From Emticicia agri (GTDB lineage Bacteria; Bacteroidota; Bacteroidia; Cytophagales; Spirosomataceae), in NCBI GenBank assembly GCA_945860265.1, contig CAMAQF010000008.1, positions 3,810-67,809 on the forward strand: a stretch of DNA of 64,000 nt, written 5' to 3'. Shown here one piece after another: positions 10,576-19,382 of this stretch. The position numbers and the translations under genes are program-made. Under the pieces are notes generated by a model. That model worked only from the letters and a program-made list of their open reading frames with translations. It searched no databases and was not told the origin of the DNA. Each line of letters starts with the position of its first letter. Within the stretch, counting starts at the first letter, position 1.

Positions 10576-11358
10576 TTATTTTCCTTTAAAATTAGTTTTG
10601 CGTTTTTGCAAAAAAGCCATTATACCTTCCGCAAAATCGTGGGTTTTACCTAGAATTTCTTGATTTTCTGATTCTTGCTCTAAAATATCATCAACCGTGC
10701 TATTATATGACTGATTCAAAACTTTTTTCATTAATCCAATCGACTTTGTTGCGGCTGTTTTATAGTATTCCGTTAGTTCGTTTATAGCTTCATCGAGTGC
10801 TTCGTAAGGGACTATTTTTGTAACTAAACCTATATTTAGTGCTTCTTCCATATAGACTTTTCGGCCAGTGCTACATAATTCAAACGCTTTTTGCATACCT
10901 ACAATTCGAGGCAAAAAGTACATCGAACCTGCATCGGGCATTAGTCCAATTCCTACAAAAAGTTCGCTCATATAGGCATCGTTATTGGCAATAATCATAT
11001 CACAAGCCAAGGCTAGCGACATCCCCGCTCCTGCTGCTATCCCATTCATGCGGCAGATGATTGGCTTTTCGGCATTTCGAATGGCACGAATCATCGGATT
11101 ATAGTTTTTGCGAAGCGAATCTCCCAACGATGCCATGCCTTCGTCCATACCGGCCTTTAAATCAGCTCCCGAACAAAAAGCTTTATCACCTACACCCGTA
11201 ATAACAATAACTCTAACCGATGAATCATTGGAAGATACTTCCACAGCTTTCGTTATTTCATTGATTAGGGCAGTACTAAGGGCATTATATACTTGTGGAC
11301 GATTGAGTGTAATGGTAGAAACACCATCAAATATTTCTAAGATTATATTTTCATACAT
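10576..11358 (-). CDS. Enoyl-CoA hydratase/isomerase (crotonase) family protein
   Basis: 260 aa. ITLNRPQVYNAL, FCSGADLK and GIAAGAGMSLALACD are crotonase oxyanion-hole signatures. Confidence 0.85.
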   Translation of the reverse strand: MYENIILEIFDGVSTITLNRPQVYNALSTALINEITKAVEVSSNDSSVRVIVITGVGDKAFCSGADLKAGMDEGMASLGDSLRKNYNPMIRAIRNAEKPIICRMNGIAAGAGMSLALACDMIIANNDAYMSELFVGIGLMPDAGSMYFLPRIVGMQKAFELCSTGRKVYMEEALNIGLVTKIVPYEALDEAINELTEYYKTAATKSIGLMKKVLNQSYNSTVDDILEQESENQEILGKTHDFAEGIMAFLQKRKTNFKGK

Positions 11359-11486
11359 AAGTAACTATCAATTATTTGGTTTTGATATATTAAAATTTAA
11401 GAAGTATATATACAAATATACAGCAAATAAGCATAATAATTTGGGTTGGAAAGTGTCTAAAAAAAACATTTTCATTTAAAATTTCT

Positions 11487-11514
11487 TTGATTTGCTTCCG
11501 AAACTCTATATTTG
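11487..11514 (+). promoter_or_regulatory. Candidate Bacteroidota-type promoter for kup
   Basis: TTG (11487-11489), 17-nt spacer, then TATATTTG (11507-11514), matching the TTG-N17-23-TAnnTTTG consensus. Lies 33 nt upstream of the kup start. Confidence 0.35.
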
Positions 11515-11546
11515 CAGACTTTTTTTACAAATAATCAAAAATTGAA

Positions 11547-13670
11547 GTGAGTCTAACTGGAAATGAGCAAGGTAATGGCAACCACGGTAATGGCCATCAC
11601 CACCATAATCTCGACAAAGTATCTGCTGCTGGACTGTTAATTGCCATGGGAATTATCTATGGTGATATTGGCACTTCACCTTTATATGTTCTAAAAGCTA
11701 TTGCAGGAACAGAAGTAATCAATGAAGCAATAATTTTGGGTGCACTATCATGTGTTTTTTGGACACTAACAATGCAAACAACACTCAAATACGTAATTCT
11801 GACTCTAAGAGCCGATAATCGTGGTGAAGGAGGAATTTTAGCTCTTTTTGCATTAGTTCGACGCCATGCCAGATGGCTAACTGTACCAGCAATCATTGGT
11901 GCCAGTGCATTACTTGCTGATGGCATCATTACCCCCCCGATTTCAGTAGCTTCGGCTATCGAAGGTTTACGCATAAAATTTCCTGATATTCAACAAGATA
12001 CAATCGTTAAAATCGTAATTGTGATCATATCAATTATATTTATCGTACAGATTTTTGGCACTAAAAAAGTAGGTTATTTATTTGGACCTTTTATGCTTGC
12101 ATGGTTTTCTATGCTTGCCGTGTTAGGTGTGGTTTGGATAGCCAAAGACTTTACGGTACTTAAAGCAATGAATCCTTATTATGCCTATGAATTATTAGTA
12201 AATCACCCTGGTGGATTTTGGATTTTAGGTTCTGTTTTTTTATGTACAACTGGGGCAGAAGCTCTCTACTCAGATTTAGGACATTGTGGTCGTGGCAATA
12301 TACGTATGAGTTGGGGGTTTGTAAAACTATGCTTATTGCTAAATTATTTTGGACAAGGGGTTTATGTAATGAGCCTGAATGGCCAAATGCTTGGCGATAG
12401 AAACCCATTTTATAACCTAATGCCTGAATGGTTTTTGCCATTTGGTATTTTCATCGCGACTTCAGCTGCCATTATTGCGAGCCAAGCCTTGATTAGTGGT
12501 TCGTTTACGCTTATTTCAGAAGCAATAAGATTAAATTTTTGGCCCAAAATAAAGGTCAATTATCCATCTGACCAAAAGGGACAAATTTATGTGCCGAGTA
12601 TCAATATTTTACTTTGGATTGGCTGTGTAAGCGTCACTTTATACTTTAGTAAAATTGCAGGTGAAATGACTGAAAAAAATATTGCCGATGCTTTGGCATT
12701 GAATAAAAACATTGATTTGGCTGTATTAAAAAAATCATCTGAAGTATTACTTTCAACGGCAATGGAAGCTGCTTATGGTTTAGCCATAACAATGACAATG
12801 CTTATGACAACTATGCTCATGGCATATTATTTATATGCTAAAAAATTCAACATTTGGGCAATAATATTGTTTATCTTAACCTACACTTGCATTGAAGGCT
12901 CATTTTTGATTGCAAATCTCCAAAAATTTCCGCACGGTGGTTATGTTTCTTTAATTATAGCTGGCATTATTGCCTTAGTAATGTATATTTGGATTCGAGC
13001 CTTTAAAATCAAAGCAAGATTGACAGAATACGAAAAACTGGACAAATATACTGAGTCCTTAAAAGAATTAAGTTCAGATATTACAGTTCCCAAATATGCT
13101 ACTCACCTAGTATTTTTGAGTAATGCAGGCCGTGCTTCGGAAATTGAAAACAAGATAATTTATTCCATTTTTCAGAAACGACCAAAACGTGCAGATGTCT
13201 ATTGGTTTGTGCATATTGATACCGTAGATGACCCTTATACAATGGAATATAAGGTCATGACAGTTGCCGATGACGATGTCTATAAAGTAAATTTCCGTTT
13301 GGGCTTTAGAGTGCCACAGAAGATAAATCTTTATTTCAGAAGAGTACTCGAAGACATGGTGAAAAATGGCGAAGTAGATATCCGTAGCCGTTATGAATCA
13401 TTGAACCGTCATAATGTAATCGGTGATTTTAAATTCGTTGTTCTCGAAAGATTCCTTTCTTATGAAAACGAACTGCCTTTCTGGGAAGGTCTAATTATGA
13501 GAGCTTACTTTTTTATCAAACAATATACACCTTCGGAAGACAAATGGTTTGGGCTTGACAGTAGTGCAGTGAAAGTCGAAAAAGTGCCGTTTATTATTAA
13601 AGCAATTGATAATATCAACCTAAAGCGTATTCCATGGGCAGGAAATGGAAATCCTATCGCAGGGCATTGA
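11547..13670 (+). CDS. kup: KUP/HAK/KT family potassium transporter
   Basis: IYGDIGTSPLYV, GGILALFAL, TGAEALYSDLGHCG and AAYGLAIT are canonical Kup motifs. GTG start. Has a His/Gly/Asn-rich N-terminal tail. Confidence 0.9.
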   Translation: MSLTGNEQGNGNHGNGHHHHNLDKVSAAGLLIAMGIIYGDIGTSPLYVLKAIAGTEVINEAIILGALSCVFWTLTMQTTLKYVILTLRADNRGEGGILALFALVRRHARWLTVPAIIGASALLADGIITPPISVASAIEGLRIKFPDIQQDTIVKIVIVIISIIFIVQIFGTKKVGYLFGPFMLAWFSMLAVLGVVWIAKDFTVLKAMNPYYAYELLVNHPGGFWILGSVFLCTTGAEALYSDLGHCGRGNIRMSWGFVKLCLLLNYFGQGVYVMSLNGQMLGDRNPFYNLMPEWFLPFGIFIATSAAIIASQALISGSFTLISEAIRLNFWPKIKVNYPSDQKGQIYVPSINILLWIGCVSVTLYFSKIAGEMTEKNIADALALNKNIDLAVLKKSSEVLLSTAMEAAYGLAITMTMLMTTMLMAYYLYAKKFNIWAIILFILTYTCIEGSFLIANLQKFPHGGYVSLIIAGIIALVMYIWIRAFKIKARLTEYEKLDKYTESLKELSSDITVPKYATHLVFLSNAGRASEIENKIIYSIFQKRPKRADVYWFVHIDTVDDPYTMEYKVMTVADDDVYKVNFRLGFRVPQKINLYFRRVLEDMVKNGEVDIRSRYESLNRHNVIGDFKFVVLERFLSYENELPFWEGLIMRAYFFIKQYTPSEDKWFGLDSSAVKVEKVPFIIKAIDNINLKRIPWAGNGNPIAGH

Positions 13671-13722
13671 TAAAAAATAATTTAAAAATAAAATTCCTGT
13701 TTTAAGGAAAAAACAACAGTTT

Positions 13723-14787
13723 ATGAAAATACTCATCACAGGCGGAGCAGGATTTGTAGGTTCGGCCTTGGCACTTTCGTTGAAAGCAAATTATCCATCC
13801 TACGATATTTATTGTTTGGATAACCTTCGTCGCAAAGGCTCAGAATTAAACGTTGCTCGATTGGGCAAAGCAGGAATCACTTTCGTGCATGGCGATATTC
13901 GTAGTAAAGAAGATTTCGATGCTCTTCCAATTGTTGATACCGTAATCGAAGCCTCAGCCGAGCCTTCGGTTTTGGCTGGAATCAATGGCGGTACACCCGA
14001 TTATTTGATTAATACTAATCTTTTTGGGACGGTAAATTGCCTAAACTATGCTGTAAAATGCAACGCAAAATTCATTTTTCTTTCAACAAGTCGAGTTTAT
14101 CCAATTAAAACCATCGAAACTCTCGATTTTGATGAGCAAGAAACTCGTTATCAATTAACTGATAATCAAGCTATTAAAGGTGTTTCAGCCAAAGGAATTG
14201 CCGAAGATTTTCCGTTAGATGGCGTTCGTTCCCTTTACGGAACAACCAAATTGGCTTCTGAATTAATCATTCAAGAATACAACGAATTTTATAAGCTTCC
14301 GACCGTTATCAATCGTTGTGGTGTGCTTACAGGCCCATGGCAAATGGGAAAAGTTGATCAAGGTGTAATGGTACTTTGGATTGCTAAACACTTCTTTGAG
14401 CAAAAACTATCTTATATTGGTTATGGCGGCGAAGGCAAACAAACCCGTGATATTCTGCACGTGGCTGACCTTTACCGCTTAATTGATTGGCAGTTACATA
14501 ACTTTGAGAAAGTAAACGGTGAGATTCTGAATGCTGGTGGAGGGGTTGATGTAAGTGTTTCTTTGCAAGAATTAACCGAAATTTGCCAAAGGGTAACTGG
14601 CAAAACAATTCCGATTACTAAAATCAAAGAAAACCGGCCTGCGGATATTCGTTTGTACGTAACCGATAACTCGAAAGTAACTGCCTTGACAGGTTGGAAA
14701 CCAGAAATTGGTGTTGAAGAAATCGTAAAAGATATAACACAATGGTTATCAGATAATCGTGCAGATTTAGAGCCGATTTTGAAGTAA
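13723..14787 (+). CDS. NAD-dependent epimerase/dehydratase (extended SDR, CDP-paratose 2-epimerase-like)
   Basis: MKILITGGAGFVGSAL Rossmann motif plus YGTTKLASE (YxxxK). Confidence 0.8.
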   Translation: MKILITGGAGFVGSALALSLKANYPSYDIYCLDNLRRKGSELNVARLGKAGITFVHGDIRSKEDFDALPIVDTVIEASAEPSVLAGINGGTPDYLINTNLFGTVNCLNYAVKCNAKFIFLSTSRVYPIKTIETLDFDEQETRYQLTDNQAIKGVSAKGIAEDFPLDGVRSLYGTTKLASELIIQEYNEFYKLPTVINRCGVLTGPWQMGKVDQGVMVLWIAKHFFEQKLSYIGYGGEGKQTRDILHVADLYRLIDWQLHNFEKVNGEILNAGGGVDVSVSLQELTEICQRVTGKTIPITKIKENRPADIRLYVTDNSKVTALTGWKPEIGVEEIVKDITQWLSDNRADLEPILK

Positions 14788-14841
14788 ATCTTCGCTGATT
14801 CCGACGGTTTCGCTTGTCCAATTAGCTTTAGCACCAAAAAC

Positions 14842-14890
14842 AAAAGTGGCATACATTGTTATCATTGATAAACAGGTATGCCACTTTTTT
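14842..14890. terminator. Bidirectional terminator between convergent genes
   Basis: aaaagtggcatac ... gtatgccactttt, a 13-bp stem flanked by an A-run and a T-run. Confidence 0.7.
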
Positions 14891-14936
14891 ATTATCCAAA
14901 TCTTGCCTAGGACTTCGTTACCTTCGACTTCGCTCA

Positions 14937-15014
14937 GTCAAAGAAAATGCCGTCCGAGCGGAGCAGAGGGCAAACAGTTTCTCACCGAAGCCAAAGAAAA
15001 CGCCGCCCGAGGGT
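14937..15014 (+). repeat. Two imperfect about 34-nt direct repeats, locally GC-rich, containing the CGCCGCCCG core
   Basis: tcaaagaaaatgccgtccgagcggagcagagggc versus ccaaagaaaacgccgcccgagggtagtcgagggc (about 26/34 identical), separated by 10 nt. Confidence 0.6.
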
Positions 15015-15023
15015 AGTCGAGGG

Positions 15024-17396
15024 CTACTTCAACTTTTCCTCAAATAACTTCAAAATACGCTTGTATTCGTCCATCCAAGAAGTTGGTTCTACAAAACCGT
15101 GGTCTTCCATTGGGTAGCTAGCCATTTCCCAATTTTCTTTTTTAAGTTCGATAAGGCGTTGTACCAAACGATACGAATCTTGAATATGCACATTGACATC
15201 AACCATACCATGACAAATCAATAAATGACCTTTCAAACCAGCTGCATGGTAAATTGGCGAACTTTTACGGTAAGCTAAACTATCGGTTTGGGGTTCATTC
15301 AAAATATTTGCAGTATAACCGTGATTATAAGCTGCCCAATCGGTCACGGGGCGAAGTGCCACACCTGCCGCAAAAACATCGGGTGTTGTAAACATAGCCA
15401 TTAAAGTAATAAAACCGCCATAAGAGCCACCATAAACACCTATTTTCTTTGGGTCGATGCCGTATTTTGAAACCAACAATTTTGCTCCATCAACATTATC
15501 TTCTAAATCTTTTCCGCCCATAAAACGATAGATTCCTGTGCGGTGATCACGACCGTAACCTGCACTTGCACGATAATCAATGTCCAACACGGTATAACCT
15601 TTATCAACCAATAAATTATGAAACATATACTCTCTCGAATACTGACTCCACCATTTATGAGCATTTTGTAAATATCCTGCTCCGTGAACAAATATGACCG
15701 CGGGGCGGCCTTCCGCTTTTTTATTTTTCAATTTAGCAGTTGGCTCATAAATTCTAGCAAAAACTTCTACGCCATCACGAGCCAAGAATGAGATTACTTT
15801 TGCATCTTTCCAAGCATAAGCCTTAAATTCATCCGTCAATGAATTGGTCAATTGCTCGGCTTTAGCATTGGGTTTATTTTCTTGCAAAAAAAGCTCCCAC
15901 GGTTTATTGATGTATGAATAACGAATTGCCAAACTCGATTCATCGGGCGAAAGCGTTACATCGTTTGCCCCAACCATACTTGTCAATTTTACTCTTTCGC
16001 CACCTTCGACCGACATTTTATAAAAATGCTGTTCGCCAGAATGTGCTTCGTTGGTAGTCAGATAAAAAGATTTTTTATCTTTCGATAATTGGGTTTGCTG
16101 CACTTCAAATTTGCCTTTGGTAAGCTGTTTTTTCTCGCCAGTTACCAAATTTACAGTATAAAGATGTGAATAACCATCAACTTCTGACTGAAAATAAAGC
16201 GTTTGGGAATCGACCCAACCTAAACCTGCACCGCCGAAATTAAAACCGATTCCAGGGCCACCAACCCATGCTTCGTCATGCTGGCGGTCGAGTAATTTTA
16301 GCTTTCCAGTTGCTGGTTCGAGTTGCATAATCCAACGGTCTTTATTATCAACCGAACGAATATTTACAACCGCATAAGAGCCATCGGGCGACCAAATCGG
16401 GCCTAAAACAATTATTTTTCGGGCAACTACCTTCTTCTTGGTTGTATCTTTCTTGGCATAATCTTTCAAGAATTCTGGCTGCTCCATAATTCCTGGAATG
16501 TCTTTCGTAACTACCTGATAAACAGTATCTTTCTTAGTATCATACACAAAGTTTTCATAAGTTGCTAAAGGCGAACCGACCTTTGTGCGAGCGGCAATGT
16601 CTTCCGTAAAACCAGATTCGGTTACGTAGCTTGGCACAATCGTAGTTTTGGCATTTTTGGGCTGTACCGAAAGACGATAAGTGATGTATCGTAAATCGGG
16701 GCTGATTTGTGGTTGTTCCAAAATTTTATCTTCTGTGTAAATCTCTTTTGGGCGTTTGGATTGGTCGAGTTTGGCCAATTTTTCGGCTTCCTCTTTCTTT
16801 TCTTTGCGTTCTTTCAAGACCTCAAACATGGCTAATTGGTCAGCTTTTAGCCATTTTTCTTCATCATTAGCAGGTTTTGCTTCTGCTTTTTTACTGCCTG
16901 TCAGAAAATTTGATAGCTGCGTTACCGAGCCATCTTCCAAGCTCAAACTAAATAAATTATTACTTCTTCCGAAAATAATCTTGGTTTCGTCACCACTAAA
17001 ATATGGATTCGATTCACGCTCAATTGTGTTGGTTAATTGCTTAATTTTCAAGGTTTTGGTATAAAGCAAATAAAGTTCACCTTGCTTTTCGTAAACCTTC
17101 ATTGAGCGACTAGGGCTGTAAGTACCCGATTGAGCGGGCAATGCTCGACGTTCTTTTGACGTAACTTTTACAGGTATTCTCTCGGGCAAAACAAATTTAT
17201 AGAGCGAATCACCTTTATTTTTATCGGGATTCCACGAAAAATAAAGCGTTTTGCCATCTTCTGACCAAAAAATATTACTTGGAGAAGTACCAATCCATTT
17301 CGATTGGTCTTGCATGATTTTTTCGACCGTAAGGGCTTGACCGAAAGCAGTTTGAATAAAAAACTGAATAATAAAGAAGAGAGAGATTTTTCTCAT
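15024..17396 (-). CDS. S9 family serine peptidase (DPP-IV/prolyl oligopeptidase-like)
   Basis: 790 aa with a signal peptide and beta-propeller-like N-region. The C-terminal alpha/beta hydrolase domain has the GGSYGGF nucleophile elbow, and D and H lie downstream (HGMVDVNV, EDHGF). Confidence 0.85.
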   Translation of the reverse strand: MRKISLFFIIQFFIQTAFGQALTVEKIMQDQSKWIGTSPSNIFWSEDGKTLYFSWNPDKNKGDSLYKFVLPERIPVKVTSKERRALPAQSGTYSPSRSMKVYEKQGELYLLYTKTLKIKQLTNTIERESNPYFSGDETKIIFGRSNNLFSLSLEDGSVTQLSNFLTGSKKAEAKPANDEEKWLKADQLAMFEVLKERKEKKEEAEKLAKLDQSKRPKEIYTEDKILEQPQISPDLRYITYRLSVQPKNAKTTIVPSYVTESGFTEDIAARTKVGSPLATYENFVYDTKKDTVYQVVTKDIPGIMEQPEFLKDYAKKDTTKKKVVARKIIVLGPIWSPDGSYAVVNIRSVDNKDRWIMQLEPATGKLKLLDRQHDEAWVGGPGIGFNFGGAGLGWVDSQTLYFQSEVDGYSHLYTVNLVTGEKKQLTKGKFEVQQTQLSKDKKSFYLTTNEAHSGEQHFYKMSVEGGERVKLTSMVGANDVTLSPDESSLAIRYSYINKPWELFLQENKPNAKAEQLTNSLTDEFKAYAWKDAKVISFLARDGVEVFARIYEPTAKLKNKKAEGRPAVIFVHGAGYLQNAHKWWSQYSREYMFHNLLVDKGYTVLDIDYRASAGYGRDHRTGIYRFMGGKDLEDNVDGAKLLVSKYGIDPKKIGVYGGSYGGFITLMAMFTTPDVFAAGVALRPVTDWAAYNHGYTANILNEPQTDSLAYRKSSPIYHAAGLKGHLLICHGMVDVNVHIQDSYRLVQRLIELKKENWEMASYPMEDHGFVEPTSWMDEYKRILKLFEEKLK

Positions 17397-17444
17397 TTTT
17401 AACGAATTAGGTTTGATGAATGCCTTAGAAAGCAGTAAATATAA

Positions 17445-18035
17445 TCAACCTATTCCAAAAATTCTTTGATTGATTAGCTGTTTTTCTACACCCACTAAGA
17501 AATTGGGCAAGATTGGATAACAAGGTAAAAGAGGAGTAAGAAAAACGGGCAGACGTTGGTCTTTAAAAATCAGTTTTATGTATCCTTCCGTGAGTTGGTA
17601 ATTGGTAGCAACGTAATACTCTAAAACCCGAATATCATCAAAATTAAATGAATCAGTATGCTCGCCAACGATAGTAATTTTCTTTAAAACTGGGTCGAAA
17701 GTATAATCTTTTTGTCCATTTTGCTGCCAATATTGATATTTTATTCGGAAATGTAAAAAGGGAACAAGTAGAGTAGCAAATGCAACAAACACCACCAAAA
17801 ACTGGGCAAGCGAATCATATTTTATGATAAAACTCGTTAAAAAAATGACAATCACTATGAGAATCAAAAACGAAAAAAGAATGTCAGTCAGTGAAAAAAA
17901 ACTGGCACGATAAGTTCGAGGAGTTTTCAACAATGCGTTTTCACCATTCCAATCAAGCGAACGTCGATTTAATGAAAAAATGCCTATAAAAAAATACAGG
18001 AACAAAATTCCGAATAATGCGATTACGGCAAGCAT
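17445..18035 (-). CDS. Hypothetical membrane protein (3-4 TM N-region plus soluble C-domain)
   Basis: 196-aa ORF, tightly packed (4-nt gap) after the LON-domain gene. Has hydrophobic segments; no family recognised. Confidence 0.5.
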   Translation of the reverse strand: MLAVIALFGILFLYFFIGIFSLNRRSLDWNGENALLKTPRTYRASFFSLTDILFSFLILIVIVIFLTSFIIKYDSLAQFLVVFVAFATLLVPFLHFRIKYQYWQQNGQKDYTFDPVLKKITIVGEHTDSFNFDDIRVLEYYVATNYQLTEGYIKLIFKDQRLPVFLTPLLPCYPILPNFLVGVEKQLINQRIFGIG

Positions 18036-18039
18036 TTTC

Positions 18040-18669
18040 CTAAAAATTCAAAGGGTCGAGTTCTTTAAAGTGACCATTCATAGCGATTCGCTCTTTGGTT
18101 CGTTCAACTTCTGTCACAACTGGGATAATTCTTTCGAGGTGGTCTATTAGAATTTCTTGTCTGACTTTTTCATTGGAAGTTATCAGAACCTCATATTCTT
18201 CTTGGATCGAAATACCAATTTTATGAACAATTCGATGGCTAAAAGGCATATATTCTGGTTTTTCGAAATCAACTTTTACTTTCAGTAAATGATAGAGTTT
18301 TTCGACCAGACTTAACAAATAGGGATTAATAACATCATTTAAATCTTCATTTTCGATAAAAATCACCTCGCCTCCAGCATATAATTTACCATTTGCTGGA
18401 TTCTGAAAATCAACGATTCTGAAAATTCGTAAACCTTTGGTTTTGATGTCCATTCGGCCATCTCCGTAGCGTTTTGATAGTAATTTTACTTCGACTTCTG
18501 TACCATATCCTAGTAATTTACCATTGACAAAAGAAGGAATTCCGAAAGTTTTATTTTCGTCTAAACATTCATCTATCAACTGACGATAACGAGGCTCGAA
18601 TATATGTAAATTAAGGTCTTCGTGCGGAAAGACCACTAAATTTAGCGGAAATAGAGGTAAAAAGTTCAT
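18040..18669 (-). CDS. LON substrate-binding (Lon N-terminal) domain protein
   Basis: LPLFPLNLVVFPHEDLNLHIFEPRYRQLI is the classic Lon N-domain opening. At 209 aa there is no AAA or protease domain. Confidence 0.75.
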   Translation of the reverse strand: MNFLPLFPLNLVVFPHEDLNLHIFEPRYRQLIDECLDENKTFGIPSFVNGKLLGYGTEVEVKLLSKRYGDGRMDIKTKGLRIFRIVDFQNPANGKLYAGGEVIFIENEDLNDVINPYLLSLVEKLYHLLKVKVDFEKPEYMPFSHRIVHKIGISIQEEYEVLITSNEKVRQEILIDHLERIIPVVTEVERTKERIAMNGHFKELDPLNF

Positions 18670-18779
18670 TAAGTTCTAAGTGATGAGTTGTGACAGGGTC
18701 GCCTGTGCGATTCTGAGTGCAAACGCTTTTATGTTTACTTCTACTCTCGAGTTCATAGTTTCAAACTTCAAATAGTAGA

Positions 18780-19298
18780 TTATTGTTTTAGCTGCAGTGG
18801 TTTTTCCACACTTAAACCAATCGACATCACGTACGGAAGCGGGTCCTGACGCATATATTGCTTCAATTTGATGGTATATTTTCCTTTTTTAGGAAACTTA
18901 AAATTACGAGTTGAAAGCACTTTATGGTTATAAATATCACCTAATCCTTCACCGAATGGCTTACCCGTTTTGGGATTGAAAAGCGTAACTTCTTCAAGGC
19001 GATTACTGATTTGCTTACCATCTGGCCCGTAGATGTAGCGGGTTACATAAAGATTATTGTAAGGATATTGCGAAGCATTACGAATCAAGAGGTAAATACT
19101 GTAAGGCACTGTCTCGTCTTTAACTTCAAACGTAAAAGAAGGAATATTTTTTACATACCAATTGGTATCTTTCAAATCTTCGTAAGATTTAAAGATTGCA
19201 TTATTATCGCACGATAAAACCCACACCGAAATCAATAGCATGGAATTAATAATCAATGTTTTTTTTAAATATTTCACCAATTTTTGTTTGTTATTCAT
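18780..19298 (-). CDS. gldH: Gliding motility lipoprotein GldH
   Basis: Lipobox LSC. Size and text (YSIYLLIRNASQYPYNNLYV ... LFNPKTGKPFGEGLGDIYNH) resemble GldH. Located downstream of the PSP1 gene, as commonly seen in Bacteroidota. Confidence 0.7.
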   Translation of the reverse strand: MNNKQKLVKYLKKTLIINSMLLISVWVLSCDNNAIFKSYEDLKDTNWYVKNIPSFTFEVKDETVPYSIYLLIRNASQYPYNNLYVTRYIYGPDGKQISNRLEEVTLFNPKTGKPFGEGLGDIYNHKVLSTRNFKFPKKGKYTIKLKQYMRQDPLPYVMSIGLSVEKPLQLKQ

Positions 19299-19382
19299 CT
19301 ATTTTCTCTGATTTTTTTACTTTACTTATTTTGAAACAGACGCGATACTCATTATATACATATCACGTCCGTTTTTATTTAA

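Noticed and set aside
14937-15014. CRISPR-like array (tested here and at the 50482-50510 tandem repeat).
   Set aside because: Each site has only two repeat units. The units are imperfect or essentially adjacent with no spacers of CRISPR size, and there are no cas genes anywhere in the window.
14856-15047. 63-aa ORF (MLSLINRYATFLLSKSCLGLRYLRLRS...) in the locally GC-rich stretch after the epimerase gene.
   Set aside because: It runs across a terminator hairpin and two tandem repeat units and into the 3' end of the convergent peptidase gene. The sequence is better explained as a repeat element than as coding.
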